From contig CP068257.2 in NCBI GenBank assembly GCA_009914755.4, positions 40,928,001 to 40,992,000 on the forward strand: DNA of 64,000 nucleotides. Direction: 5' to 3'. The translations under genes and the position numbers were made by a program. Below are positions 1-13,562 of the stretch, in pieces. This DNA is from the human T2T-CHM13v2.0 reference genome, Homo sapiens. How positions within the stretch are numbered: the first letter of the stretch is position 1; every line of letters starts with the position of its first letter. Below the pieces are notes generated by a model. That model was not told the origin of the DNA. It ran no database searches and saw nothing but the letters and a program-made list of their open reading frames with translations.

Positions 1-1223
1 GGTTTTAGCTGAAATTTTCACCTGGATGTTGTCTATAATTTTAAGTTACTTTCTTCTGCTTTAGTGTTTAAAAGGTCATTTGCATGATCCAAGGTAGATC
101 TTTTTTACTTGGTGAATTCGGAAGGAAAATCTCTCTGGCGTAGGTTTTTGAGATGAAAGCTGAGAACATTGGAGCTGACTCCCGGAGTGGGGTTCATGGC
201 AGGCAGGTGTCACTGTGTGTTAGGTTTCCTGTTTATCTGACTCCTAGAATGACCCTACAGAAGAAAGTGAGACCCATAGAGTCTCTAATGCTTGTGAAGG
301 GCTCACGTCCATCCGTGATACTCTACAGCTTTTCTGTTTACTTAATAAGTCACAATGTTAAGTTGGTCCATAGTGACATTTCCCATAAAACAGTAAGGGA
401 TGTTTTGGATGGCATTAGGTATTGTGCTGTGATGGCGGCTAAAGACTGTTAAGTCTGTTCCCTGCTGTGAAGCTGGAGACTTTTTACCACCCCCCTCGAG
501 GCTGTTTTAGTGAGGCGCTAAGCATCCCTTATGCCACCAGGTCCCCAGACAGCTCTAGAAGATAAGACACCAAAGAGGGTAGCTGTTTAGTGAATCGCAT
601 TGCTGTTCAGAAGGATCAGAGAGATGCCACCCCAGCATTTCAGACCTTACCATAGAGCAAATCTTCTGCCTTTAAATCAGGTCAAAGTGGTGTGGCAGGA
701 GGCGGTAGTGGCAAAGCAGCTGAAAGCCACTTCCCCACTGAGCCCAGCCAGCCAGGTGTATTAACACAGGTGACTTAATTACAGCTCGTGGGGCCGAATG
801 ACTTGCTCAGGGTCATAAGTGATCTCATGACATTTGGTGTAGTTTGACAACTGGAATTTTAAGACACTATATACATTTACTGGATATGGTTTATGTGAAA
901 GCAGGATTAACTAGCAAGACGAGTTCCTGTTTCCTTTCATTGGCAGCTATCATAGATAAGTCCTAGTGTTTGAATTTTATTATTTGACAGATAGGACTTC
1001 TACTAGAAATAAAATCTTCTAAGATGTTGCCAGTCTCTGGTTTCTGGTGAGTAAGCGCTCCATAGGGAAATAAGTGTATGAAATCTTCCTGGAAATTGTA
1101 AGGCTTGAGAGTTCCCCAAGCTCAGAGAACAGCATGAAAGCATCCGGCAAGAAACAGCCACGAGGTTGCTAACATTCGGGCGTGTTTGTTATTCCTATTT
1201 GTCTTTCCTTCTCTCCACCTCAG

Positions 1224-1359
1224 TGGCATCATTGGGGAGCGCCTGCCGATTAGGTATTACCTAACTTTCGGGATGCTCGCCAGCGGAGCCTTCACCGCCC
1301 TGTTCGGCTTAGGGTATTTCTACAACATCCACAGTTTCGGATTCTACGTGGTAACTCAG
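1224..1359 (+). CDS. SLC37A1: SLC37A1 internal coding exon (…SGIIGERLPIRYYLTFGMLASGAFTALFGLGYFYNIHSFGFYVVTQ), phase-2 start
   Basis: Polypyrimidine tract + CAG acceptor at 1221-1223. ORF encodes an MFS transporter segment matching recalled SLC37A1/SPX1 sequence. Donor CAG|GTAAGG at 1360. Frame is continuous with the next exon. Confidence 0.85.
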
Positions 1360-3021
1360 GTAAGGGTTTGGGTCCGTGGCTCACCATGTACGGGGTTTCC
1401 TTGGTGAATAGGGTGGAGTGTTTATGTCACGTCACCTCTGTCAAGGTGTTGGGAAGGGGCAGAAGTGCGTCCTGTCGGAAGTCAGGGTCAGCTGACGTAA
1501 CAAAGTCCTTCCCTTTCTCTTCTGCTTAGAAATTCCAGCAACCAGGAGGTTTTCCTTAATTTCAGGAGTTGCCTCGTAAAGAATGCTGTCTGTCAGTGCC
1601 CCGGCAGGGAGACTGACATGCAGAGCCCTTGGGAGTCACTCTGTCTTCATGTGGATAAGTTTGAGATGTTTTATCTTGCGAAAGATTTGACCACTTAGGG
1701 GTTGGAGGGTGTGTCCTCCAGCTGAAGCCCCAGCTGCAGTCACCCTAACAGCGGTGGCAGGGAGTTCCCACCAGGGAGCGCCCCAAACCATCCCAAGATG
1801 GGGCTGGTTGGGATTCCAACGAACAAAGCACTAAATGCTGGGTGATCAATTTAAAGCATGTATTAGGGGAACTTACATACTGAGGGCTGCAGTGTATGGT
1901 CGCAACACACAGCGGGACAGGGCGTTCCACCTAGGTCTGTCCACAGTGAGGGGTTGGCATATGGAGTTTATTTGAGGGTTTAAGGAATTTGGCTCAGGGC
2001 CAGGGTTAGTTTCTTTCCATGTTTTGGGTCAACAACTGAAACACCTTTATCAGTGCCTAGGAGTGTTCAGGGACCAACTTGGGTCCAAGCCTACAAAGGA
2101 AAACCTGCAGCTGGTTGGGTCACAGTGAGAGGAAAAAGGGGGAGACCTGAGGAGTCTACAGAGGGATGCAAGGGCGGAAGGAAGGGCCGACTTTGGAGTT
2201 GGGCAGCAGGAGGGGGTGTGAGGCAGTCAGTGGAGAGAACAGGAGAGATCATGAAGGTGCTAGAAGGGGAGAAGGCCTGAGGACAGCGCGCGCTGGCTTT
2301 GCCCTTGGAGCTGGAGCCCTTCCGGAATCTCCTGGCTTCTGCCCTTCCCAGCAGTCCTGTGGATCAATATTCAGCAGCCGAGGGAAGCTGCTGAAATAAT
2401 GATGCTCATCTCGGGCTTTGTGATGCTTCTGGGGCTCCCCAGATAGGTCAGGGGAATGCTATAAAACCATCAAGCAGATTGTATTTAATTTTGCTTTTCA
2501 AGATTTTGCCATAACACTTGAAAAAGTTTGGCTATTTTAATTACAAAAGCAATTCACACTTGTGTAGTAATATAGAAAATTAGAAGGGAGGAGAAAACAA
2601 TTTTCCAGAGTCCCAGCATGTTTCTGGAGTGAAGGCCCAGCCCGGTCAGCCCAGAGGCAGCAACAGTTAGACCAGCGGCTCCCAGGCGTCTTCTAGAGCA
2701 GCAGTTTCCAACCTTTTTGGCACCAGGGACCAGTTTTGTGGAAGACAGTCTTTCCACTGGGGACCAGGGTTGGGGAGAGGAGGATGGTTTGGGGATGAAA
2801 CTGTTCCCCCTCAGGTCATCAGGCATTCGATTCTCATAAGGAGCGCACAACCTGGATCCCTCACATGTGCAGTTCACAGTAGGGTTCGCGCTCCTATGAG
2901 AATCTAACGCCCCGCTGATCTGACAGGAGGTGGAGCTCAGGCGGCAATGCTTGCTCTCCCACTACTCACCTCCTGCTGTGTGGCCCGGTTCCTAATAGGC
3001 CACGGATCAGGACTAGTCTGT

Positions 3022-3165
3022 GCCTGGGGTTGGGGACCCTGCTCTAGAGAGCTGGCTTACTGCAGTGAGGTGGTCAGAGCTGCCAGGCTGGCCCAGGGTT
3101 GGGGACCCTGCTCTAGAGAGCTGGCTTACTGCAGTGAGGTAGTCGGAGCTGCCAGGCTGGCCCTG
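3022..3165. repeat. 69-bp tandem duplication (2 copies), intronic
   Basis: GGGTTGGGGACCCTGCTCTAGAGAGCTGGCTTACTGCAGTGAGGT(G/A)GTC(A/G)GAGCTGCCAGGCTGGCCC occurs at 3027 and again at 3096. Confidence 0.85.
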
Positions 3166-3462
3166 GTTTCGTGCAGTCTTGTAGAGCCACCCCCGAGTCT
3201 CAAGACGCTAGAGCGTCCTCAGCAATACATTCCCCAAGTCCCTTCATGAAACTCAAGTCAGGGATTCTTCAAAAGTGCAGAGATACTTTGTCCAGGCGCG
3301 AAGTCAAGTTCGTGTTCATTCCAGAGAATGATTAACAACAGTACCTTCTCCATGGCATGGTAAGGGAAACATGCAATTCACAAGCCATGTTTATCATACA
3401 ATTCTATAAACAGTTCATAAAGAGAAGAAAGGTTTTCTCTCTTTAAAAAGTTTGTATTTGTT

Positions 3463-3752
<290 letters not shown>

Positions 3753-4114
3753 TCTTTCTATGAAGTTTTTGGATTCAAAAGAGACCGGGAAGCTTGGCCC
3801 CACACTGTTATGAGGTGTGATCTGCTGGTGGTGGGGTTCTGGCTGGGTTTTTTTTCCTTGCTTTTCTCTGCTTATTCTAAAATTTCCACAATAGGCATGC
3901 ATTGCTTTTATTTTGAAAAATATATAGATACCTGTATACATGGTTTTAAAATATATATGTAGTTTAAACTGTATATAAATATAAAATTGACAGTCCATCT
4001 CTGGCTGTCGTGCCCCCTGCTTTGTGTAAGTGGAGCAAGCTCTGTGCACCTCCCTGCAGCGCTGTCCCGGGCCTGCTTCCCACAGGTCAGTCTCTCCTTT
4101 GGCCTCTCCTGCAG

Positions 4115-4191
4115 GTCATCAACGGGCTGGTGCAGACCACCGGCTGGCCCAGCGTCGTCACCTGCCTCGGCAACTGGTTTGGAAAAGGAAG
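4115..4191 (+). CDS. SLC37A1: SLC37A1 coding exon (VINGLVQTTGWPSVVTCLGNWFGKG+R split)
   Basis: Acceptor CAG at 4112-4114 and donor AAG|GTGAGA at 4192. Joins in frame to VVTQ upstream and to RGLIMGV downstream. Conserved organophosphate:Pi antiporter motif. Confidence 0.85.
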
Positions 4192-5146
4192 GTGAGAAAA
4201 AGCAGCCCTGTTTCCAATAGCAGATGAAAACTAGACCATTTTACTTTTAGTTTTTCTGTAGACTGATTACAGCAAAAACACTTTAGTATCCTCTTTAAAA
4301 TAAGATGGCTGAAACCTCTGGGGCTTGAATTGCTGAAATTCAGATGGCCTGTGTCCCACGAGACAGGGGAGCTCCGCCCTCCCACTGTGGGCCTGGTGAA
4401 GTCCGTGTCACTCGGCGGCTCCTCTGACAGCTGCATCTGGCCTCCCAGGTGTTGTGGGAGATGCAGAGTCCAGGACCCTGCCCCAGGCCTTTTGAAGCCA
4501 AAGCTACATGTTAACATGGGAGTTTGGGAAGTCCCGACCTGGGTCACCCAGCGCACAGCACCAAAGTAGCAGAGCTGGGACCCAGCCTGGCGAGTCCAGA
4601 TTTATTTGTAAATGGCTTTTATTTTATACAGATAAAATTTATTTATTTGTAAAATTCAGCTCAGCCAGGCCAAAGGCTTATTTATGGTGGACGATCGCAA
4701 ACAAGATGCGGAAGCTAAAACGGGAACACCAGCGTCATCAGGTCTTAAGTCTTAGATACTGTGCCTCATTCACCTGGTGTGTGCATCCATGAGTTTTGTT
4801 CAAATGACAGTTCATCAAGTGACTGTATGTATTAATTGATTGTAGAGGCACAAATTTTAATTTCAGGCCTTCCAAGACTTTCAGGGAAAGGCCTCTTTCT
4901 TCTTCTTGAGTACAGAATGCGCTCAGAGCAAGAGGTAGAATGGGTGATGGCACAGCCTGAGGCCACATAAACACATCAGCTCTCGTGAGCATCGCGAGTC
5001 CTGCATGGCACAGAAGCAGGGTCTGCATGGCCCCCCGTTGATTCTGCGCCGACTCCCTACTTTGCAGGCACTGCTGCGCCCTGCACTGCTGGACTCGTTT
5101 CAGCTTCTCAGCTCCATCTTCTGTCTTCTGTTTTGTTGTGCTGCAG

Positions 5147-5313
5147 GAGAGGTTTGATTATGGGGGTCTGGAACTCCCACACCTCCGTGGGCAACATCTT
5201 GGGGTCATTGATCGCTGGCTACTGGGTGTCCACATGCTGGGGCCTGTCCTTCGTCGTGCCTGGAGCCATCGTGGCAGCCATGGGGATAGTGTGCTTTCTC
5301 TTCCTCATTGAAC
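5147..5313 (+). CDS. SLC37A1: SLC37A1 coding exon (RGLIMGVWNSHTSVGNILGSLIAGYWVSTCWGLSFVVPGAIVAAMGIVCFLFLIE)
   Basis: Acceptor CAG 5144-5146 and donor C|GTAAGT at 5314. 167 nt, and the phase bookkeeping is consistent (1+165+1). Confidence 0.85.
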
Positions 5314-8300
5314 GTAAGTGCACGTGGCCTTGGAGACCACCCACCAAGGGAGGCCTCGGGTTTCCCTGCCTGGGTGGGCCTTGGGGGCGAGTGTGAGAGC
5401 TGCGTGGCCTAGCGCCCTGTTTGCCCGTGGCTGCCTCAGCGCTCTTCTTACCAGGGAGACTTCCCCGGGGAGCCGGTTCTCTCCTGGTTTTGCTGGATTT
5501 CCTACTCTCCCCTGATTCTGGAGTGACCCATGTCCCCATTCCTTCCTCCCGTCCTCCTGTCCTCCCTTGCCCCGGCATCAGGCGTTCATGCATGGGAGTC
5601 TTCCATCTTCCCACAGGCTGTTCCTTCTCATGCCCATCTTGCCACCACAGCCTGAATTGGACCCAGTCAGCTCTTTGCCTTCTGATAAGATATATCTTGG
5701 ACAGTGTTATAAAAGACTGACTTAATATCTTAACTGGGTAAAAAGTATCTCTTGGAAAATCAAATCTCTTATTCCATTTCAGATTCAATAGCAAACTCTT
5801 TATTTAATTGAATTTGAAATTCATTTCTGAAGTAGAGATCCAGCAGGCTCTGGTGCTGAGAAGATTCAGGACAGTTACAGCAAGAATAGAGATGCCCGGG
5901 TGGCCCTGGCGGTCACACGACAGGGGCTCGAATCCCGCAAGCCATTCTGATAAGCTGTACTCAACTCTTAGTTCTTTGACTGAGTTTAAACCATATGGCA
6001 GGAGACAGCTCCCTCATGCTGCCTGCCAGGTAGGGACACTCAGAGCCAGCTCCCTCCAGCCACACTGGGCATTGCTGATCACTTCAGCTCTGCATGCAAA
6101 AGTTCATCCATATTCCATTTAGTCGCTCACTTTTTTTGTCTTGCAAAAGCTAACCTTTTAATTTTTAAGGTAACCATCATCTGGCCACACTGTGAGTTTG
6201 GAGACTCTCACCCCATGCTTCTGTGTTGGTGAAAATGGAAATAAACATTCAGATGAGGAATGTCCAGACACACCCATTGGTGTGAGCAAAAAGTGGGGGC
6301 CCCGGGCTGCACTCCGCTCCCCTTTCCCCGCTTCTGCAGAGGCTGAGTAAGCCTTCGGCCACACCCCAAACAGCCTGAGCAGGGGCCTCCTGGGATGGGT
6401 GGGGGTCTGGATCCCTCCCAGTGGGCCAGCATGTGGCTTTCAGCTCTGGCTGGTGTGTCACTGCAGTTCTGAGAAAGGCCATTTCCACCACCTGTTTTCT
6501 TCCGCTCTGGTTCCTAGAACCTGGAGTTCTGTGCCCCTGCGCTCCAAGTGTTTGAGACACCAGCCACCCGGAGAACAATGTGCCTCTCTTTGTTAGCGCA
6601 CAGGGGCCCCTGGGTGTCTCCTGCCTGAGGGTAGAGTCCATGGGGTCTTCTGTTCTCTTCCTTAACTGGAAAGGGGCTGGCTCTGGGGAGAAAAGGACAT
6701 GTGGAAGGGAAAGGAGCTTGCTCAATGGCCGGGACCTCAGCACCCGCTCCAGGCATTCACGGCCCTATGTTGATGTTTGTCTCTGTAAGCAGAGAGAGCT
6801 CAGCTCTTGTGAATAAGCCTCCCTGATCCAATTTGGGCAGATAGCAATGAGCCAGATGCCCCCTGTCCCTGGGTCCTCTGGCCACAGGCCCACTCACCTA
6901 CAGGAAGGCTGCATGCTTCATCTCTAGCCAAACAAAACCAAACTACCAGAACCTCCTGCCCAGGGAATCTTTCTGACACTCTTTCCCCTTGTGCCTGGGA
7001 GGTGCACTGTGTCTGAATGATGAGACCCAGCTGTGACAACAGTGGCTGGATGCTGAGTCTGAGAACAGGAGCTCTTTGCAGATAGGGAGGAAACATCAAG
7101 TGCCCCTTGGTTTGTTTCTGCCCCTCCTTGTCCCGAATCACTGATCCTGGGCAGGTACTAAAGGCATCAGATGTGCCATTCTTGCGGTCAACAGAGGATG
7201 TGGCTTTCTCTGCTGCTCCTTCACTCTTGTCTCCTGCCCAGGGTGAGCCCCAAAGGACAGGGCGTCCCCTGCTCCTTTCTCAGGCCTCTCTGAGTCTCCT
7301 TTCTGAAGCTGTTCTCAAATGTGTCCCAGCCAAGGGACGTGTGTGCCCAAGTCCCTGAAGGTGAAAGTCCAGGAAGAGCCATATCAGGGGAAGCCCCTGG
7401 CTTACCCCTGGGGGCATCACACTGTGAGTGGATACCGATGGGGTGAGTTGGCTGATGTCCTTTAAATTGGTGACCATACATCACAGGTGGACCATTGGGA
7501 CTGCCCAACATGCCGACCATGTGTCCTTGGTCAGTGGCCTCGCCCTATGGGCTGTGCCCAGGACAGGAGGGCGACGCACCCCACAGCCAGCCACGGACCT
7601 CTGGGTGCAGACCCACCTGGCCCTACGGCATGTTGATAATAACCTTATCAACAAAACCCAGACAAGAGGTTTGATGCTGGCCTCGAGGCCAGCAGGAGTG
7701 TGCTCGGCAGCTGCATGTCCCTCTATGATGTCACCCTGTGTTGTATGGGAATGGACTTGGCTGTGGGGAGCCTGCAGCCCTGTAGCTCAGTTTGGGTTGC
7801 AAGGCAGTAACCAGTTTCATCCAAGGTGATAAAGAGACCAAGGTGCTTGGTAGTCAGAGGGGGCTGCAGAGGTGGAGCGAGAAGCAGTAGGGCTGGTTTC
7901 CCGCAGCACCTAGAGGCCTGGGGTCTGACTCTGGGTTCCCGCATTGCTCGGGGCAGGTTGCTGGTGTCTGTAAAGGACACGCTGAAGCCTCACTTCTGGT
8001 TCTGTTCCTTTTCAAGTTTCCTCCCTTCCTTGCATTTACACAAAGATGTTTGTTCCATATCAAGATAGATGTTTTATCTCCACTCATTTTTATTTCTAAT
8101 GAATTTCATAACATGAAATACCTCATTACAGACATTCTTCCAGCCTCGCTCCCCTGATGTGCTTTTCCTGGTTTTGCTTTTCTTCTGGGGCTTGTCCTCT
8201 GAATGAGAGTCGTGGGCTTGTCCACACAGCGTCCGCATGCTCTGCTTGTGATTATTGGCCACGCTGGGAAGTATTTTCCATATTTAAAGTAGCGTTCACG

Positions 8301-8813
8301 TTCACAGTGTTGGCACTGGCTGGCGGTGATCTGCCATACCCCCCTTGCACACAAGTGGGCTGCCAGGCCGAGTGACTGGGGACAGGCCGGGGCGTGTGCG
8401 GGAGTCACTGGTGGGACAGCCAAGCTGTGCCCTTGCCCTCACCTGGCATGCTATGGCGATGGCTTTTTTCTGAAACGAATGCCAATTTAGTAAAGGTATA
8501 AGATGGCATCTTGTGTTTTATTAAATTTTATTGTGTATATTTAAGGTATGCAACATGGTGTTACAGATACATAGAGATAGTAAAAAGGTTACTAGTAAAG
8601 CGAAGCAAGTTAACATAGCCATCGCAACTCACAGCTGCCCGCTTTTGTTTTTGTGGCAAGAGCAGCTCAAATCCACTCATTTAATGTGAATCCTGCATAC
8701 AGTCCAGTTTCACACCCGGTGCTCCCGTGTTGCCCTGTCCTCGGGTTACGTAGCTTACTTGGCATTGCCATGGTGGTGGACCTGCTCAGCCTCACTCATG
8801 TTTGCTCTTTCAG

Positions 8814-8851
8814 ATCCGAACGACGTCAGGTGCTCCTCCACCCTGGTGACG
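8814..8851 (+). CDS. SLC37A1: SLC37A1 38-nt microexon (H-PNDVRCSSTLVT)
   Basis: Acceptor TTTCAG at 8808-8813 and donor ACG|GTAAGG at 8852. Completes the His codon split from the previous exon. The frame continues into HSKGYENG. Confidence 0.8.
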
Positions 8852-11834
8852 GTAAGGACCCTGTTTTCTTGTCCTTTTCTAGAACAGTGTGCGGTTCTGA
8901 CCACTTCCCCAGCCTGCTCCTGCCTGTGCGGTGTCAGACAGAAACACACAGGGTAGACAGAAGTCCCACCCTCAAAACATTGGCAGTTCTAGGAATAGAG
9001 AATATTCTGTTTTGGGTTTCGCTGATAATAACCTTATCAGCAAAACCCAGACAAGAGGTTCAATGCTGTCCAGATGAAGGACTTCATGCTAAGGGGAACC
9101 AAAGGCTGGGCCCTGGCCAGGCCTCCTCAGGAGTGGAGACCTCCTGGTTTCCCCAGGGGCCTCAGTGTGACGGGGAAAAACGCACGTGTCAGCTGCCTGC
9201 CATCACTTAAGTTGGTGGCTGCACGTCTCAGGTGGCCGAGAGGTCTGCCCAGCACGCCATTCCTTCTCTTCTGTACCCCTGCCCAGCTCAGCCAGCGTAG
9301 GCCCTGCAGGCAGGATTGCTGACCACGTTGGCTGCCATGAATGAGCCCTGCCCTAGCTGCCTCCACCCGCAGCCAGTCACCACTGGCCACTTTCCCACCT
9401 GGCTAAGGCCAGCCCTCCCGCGGTACCGGTCCCCTCCCTCTCATGGCCCAGGGCTTGACTCCCGCAGACACACCCCCCGCCCCAAATACCATTCCTGGCA
9501 CACTCATGTAGTATTGGTGGCTGTCTTGGAAGAAAGTCCCTCTGGCCCTCATGCCTGCTCCCAGCCGCCCCGCTCCCCATGTCCACTGGCATGACACCCC
9601 TCCTGTCTGCAGGCCACCGCCACCTCACGGGAACAGCCCATCAGATCCCAGCAACGTCACCCGGACACATAGGGTGGTCAGCTCTCTGGCCTCACCCTGC
9701 TGGGCCCGTCGCCCGCGTCTGACCCAATGCTTCCCTCCCTCTGGGGGTCAGCTCTCTTCCCTCCCTCTGGGAAAGGCTCCCCTACCCGGGCTAACATGTT
9801 AGTCACGTCTGTGCCGAGTGTCAGACCCCAGATGTGGGGGTGCCCCCAGGCTGCCCTGCGGCCTCCTCTCTCCTTGTCTGCCCGCTCACTGCAGGAGAGC
9901 GCGCTCGGGCCTTTCAGCGGCTCCAGGTGCGTTGATGTCGAGTCACCATGCTGTCCCCAGAGTGACCCACCCCTGAGCTCCGCAATCTGAGGTCTCACCA
10001 CCACTCAACCTTCCCACGGAGATGTCTGAGTGTCCTTCAGACTTAACACGACTGGAGGAGATCTCTTGATTTTACCCCTGCACAAGCCGATCCCCCAGCA
10101 TCCCCCATCTCAGTCAGGAAGCTGCTGTCCACCCTGTGGACAGGCCAGACCCGAGGAGCCAGCCCAACACCCCCTCCCTTCAGCCCCGCACCCCATCCTT
10201 GGCCATGTTCTGTCAGTTCTGCTCTGTTCTGTGAGGGGATGTGGAATGGAAACCCTCTCACCTCCTCCGCCTCTACCACCCTGGTCCCCGTCACCACCGT
10301 CAGCTCTCCTCCGAGCCACTGCTCATCAGCCTCCTAGAACGATCCACTCTTGCTCCCCAGAATCTCTTCTTCACACCGCACTTGCAGAGACTGTATTGAT
10401 ACAGACGCCAGAGCACATCAGCCCTTGCACAACACAGTCCAGTGGCTCCATGTCGCCCCGTGTGAAATCCTCACCAGTCCATCTGGTTGGTCTCTGTCAC
10501 CCTCACAGAAGGGTGCGAGCCCCTCGGGCCTGGATCATCACTGGGTCCCGGCACCTGGGGCAGCACCTGGCCTCGTGCGGGAGGGGGGCCAGAGTCCTTT
10601 TTCTGTCTTTTCATACCTCGGGCTCCTGGGTGTGATTCATATGGAAAGAAGGGTTCTGATACTTGATGACAAAAACAAAGAAACAAAATGAAGTTTGAAA
10701 ACCAGTGCCTTCAGGAAGGTCAAACACCATATGATGTTCTTAAAACTATGGTTGATATTTTAAAATGTTTTAAAAAGCCGTGTTCCTGCCCTGAGCATGA
10801 ATTTCAGTTTCCAAGCTTGTACAGTCGTGCCGTGAAGTAGCTTAAAGCTGCCCGGACCAGCCGTCTTGAGACTGGGGAGAACTTCGCACACACCTTCCGC
10901 CCTGGAACACCTTCTGTCCTCTAAGAAGAGCTTTTCTCACCCAGGGGCGGCCAGGCCTGAGGATAGGAAGCAGGCGTGCAGGGGGTTTTGGGGAGGAGCA
11001 GCTCTTCCTCACACACAGCTTTTAGGAATATGAGAGCTCATCTAGGCGAGAGGCATTGCTTCTGCTCCTCGTGTGTATGAGTTTGGGGCTGAAGCCTGTG
11101 TTTCATTCTCCCCGTTCAAATCCTCTCCGAGCAGTTCACTGAGATCTACTGGTGCCCAGGTGTCCCCGACGTGCCCTGAGGCAGGTGGTCCAGAGAAACA
11201 GCTTCTCGTCCTCTCTCCTCTCCATGTTGGCTGGTCGCAGAGGGAGAGATGGCTGATATCTGGGGATATTTTATCAGCTTCTGCAAACAGCCCCAAAGTT
11301 CTTTTTCCTGCAGGAATGTTACCTGCTCTGTGCAGGACACCAACGAGACCCTTGTCACGGGCCTTCCTGAGGGAGCTGAGGGCAGTTTGGCCAATGTCCC
11401 ATCAGCTGCTGTCCTTCTGTAGTATCTTCCCTTTATCACAAATGGGAGCTTTTGGGCAAAGCAAAATGCATTTGTAAGAGATTTCAGATGTGCTGACTTG
11501 TTCTGGGAAGTTCCCATGTGGAAGTGTTATTTTTAGGATAAAATTCTAATTTTTTCCAATATTTTAAAGTTCTTGTTATGGAGACTTTAAACATATAAAA
11601 AGGTAAAAATAACAGCATAACGAACCCCTGTGTACCCATTACCCAAGTTTCCAACAGTTGGCCAATCTGACTCTATCAACGCCCCTTCTAATACTATCCC
11701 TTCCCACCTCCTGCTGATGTATTTTGCAAGCAAATAGCAATCATCTTAATATTTTGTCTCTGACTACTTCAGTATGTTTCCAAAATATAAGGACTCTTTT
11801 ATGTGAAACAAAATGTACTATACCATTATCACAC

Positions 11835-13335
11835 TTAAAAACCAATGGCAAAGAATAGAAAAACAGTAGAGAAAATCAATGAAACCAAAAGTTGGTTCTT
11901 TGGAAAGATCAACAAAATTGATCATCCTGCACCTAGACTGACCAAGAATAAAGGAGGACTCAAATTACCAAAATCAGGACCAGGAAAGGTGGCATTTCTG
12001 CCACATTTACTGAAATAAAATGGATTATGAGGGAACTATATGCCAACCAATTAGAAAACTTTGAATAAATGGAAAAATTCATAGAAGGACAGAAACTACC
12101 AAAACTGACTCAAGAGAGGAGGAAATCTGAATAGATCTAAAACAAGTAAAGAAATTAAATTGTTAATTTAAAAACTTCACTCAAAGAAAATCCCAGGACC
12201 AGATGGCTTTACTGGTAAATTCTGCCAAACATGGAAAGAAGAGCTAATACTAATTACTCACAAACTCTTCCAAAAAATAAAAGTGGGGGGAAACTTCCTA
12301 ATTCATTCTATGAGGTGTTATCGTAATAACAAAAGACTAAAACCTCTTAAGAAAACTGTACAACAGTATCTTTTATGAGTGTAGATGCAAAACTCAATAG
12401 CAGCAACCAGAATTCAGCCACCTACAAAAGGATTATTTACCATGATCAAGTGGGATTTATCCCAGGAATACACAGCTGGCTTAACAGGTAATGTTAATGT
12501 AATACACCATTTGAATGGATAAAGGACAAAAGCTGCATGATCATCTCAGTAGAAGCAGGCAAAGCACTGGACAAAATCCAGCACCCTTTCATGTGAAAAC
12601 ACTCAACAAACTAGGAATAGAAAGCAACTTCCTTGACCTGACAAAGGGCATCTAATAAAACCCACACCTCACAGTGTGCTTAATGGTGAAAGACCAGGTG
12701 CTTTCCGCCTGAGATCAGGAACAAGACTAGGAGGCCTGCTCTTGCCGTTTCTATTTACCATTGTAATGCAGGCAGGCCAGTTAGGCAAGAAAAGGATATA
12801 AACGGCATGCAGATTAGACAAGAAGTAAGACTACTTCTCTTTGCAGATGACATGATCTTTTATACAGAAAATCATAAGGAGTCCTCAAAAAAATGGTTAG
12901 AGTGAATTAATAAGTTAGCAAGGTTGCAGAAAACAAGACCAGTATACAAAAATCAATTGTATTTCTATACACTAGCAGTCAACAATCCAAAGATGAAATT
13001 AAGGCCGTTTCATTTACAATAGCATCAAAAAACATTACGCGAAGCAGAAGAAACCAGTCACAAAAGGTCACATATTGTATGATTTCATTCATATGAAATG
13101 TCCAGAATAGGCAAACCTAGAGATAGAAAGAAGATGAGTGGTTGTCAGGGACTAGGGTGGGAAGAAAGGGGGGATGACTGCTGACAGGTATGAGGTTTCT
13201 TTTTGGAGGTGATGAAAATGTTCTCAAATTGTAGTGATGGTTGCAAAACTGAATTTAAAAACCACTGAATTGTGAACATTAAATGAGTGAATGGTACAGT
13301 ATGTGAATTCTGTCTCAACAATGCTATTACAAATT
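11835..13335 (+). mobile_element. Ancient L1 (L1M-type) fragment covering a degenerate ORF2 RT region and 3' end
   Basis: Strong nucleotide similarity to L1 ORF2 (…AATAGAAAAACAGTAGAGAAAATCAATGAAACCAAAAGTTGGTTCTTTGGAAAGATCAACAAAATTGA… and …TATTTCTATACACTAGCAGTCAACAATCCAAAGATGAAATTAAG…). Many frameshifts and stops. Followed by a (TTTTG)n tail. Confidence 0.75.
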
Positions 13336-13494
13336 TTTAAAATCTATAATCCTTTCTATTATCATACAGCTACTCAATGGTCAGATCTGCTGATTGTCTT
13401 ATAAATGATTTTGCACTGTGTTTGAGCAAGGCCTAGGCAAGGTCCACTCCTTCTGATTGGTTAATTTAATGTGCCTCTTAAGGCTCTTCTAATT

Positions 13495-13519
13495 TATAGG
13501 ACCTCAATGGTTTTTTTTG

Positions 13520-13550
<31 letters not shown>

Positions 13551-13562
13551 TGGTTTGGTGTT
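13495..13562. repeat. (TTTTG)n simple repeat
   Basis: Eight or more tandem TTTTG units. Confidence 0.9.

Noticed and set aside
153-452. 99-aa ORF at the start of the window.
   Set aside because: It has no similarity to SLC37A1 or any protein I recognise and no splice-site context. Its position is consistent with intronic noise.
9316-10691. Pro-rich ORFs (for example the 201-aa ORF at 10030-10635) in GC-rich sequence.
   Set aside because: This is GC-rich intronic DNA of SLC37A1. High GC content lowers stop-codon frequency. The ORF-track M residues include non-ATG starts. There is no recognisable domain or splice context.
11520-11834. AT-rich block immediately upstream of the L1 fragment that resembles the 3' part of another interspersed repeat (…AACCCCTGTGTACCCATTACCCAAGTTTCCAACAG…).
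   Set aside because: I could not confidently assign a repeat family from memory. It is probably an old LINE- or LTR-derived fragment. I left it unannotated rather than guess.
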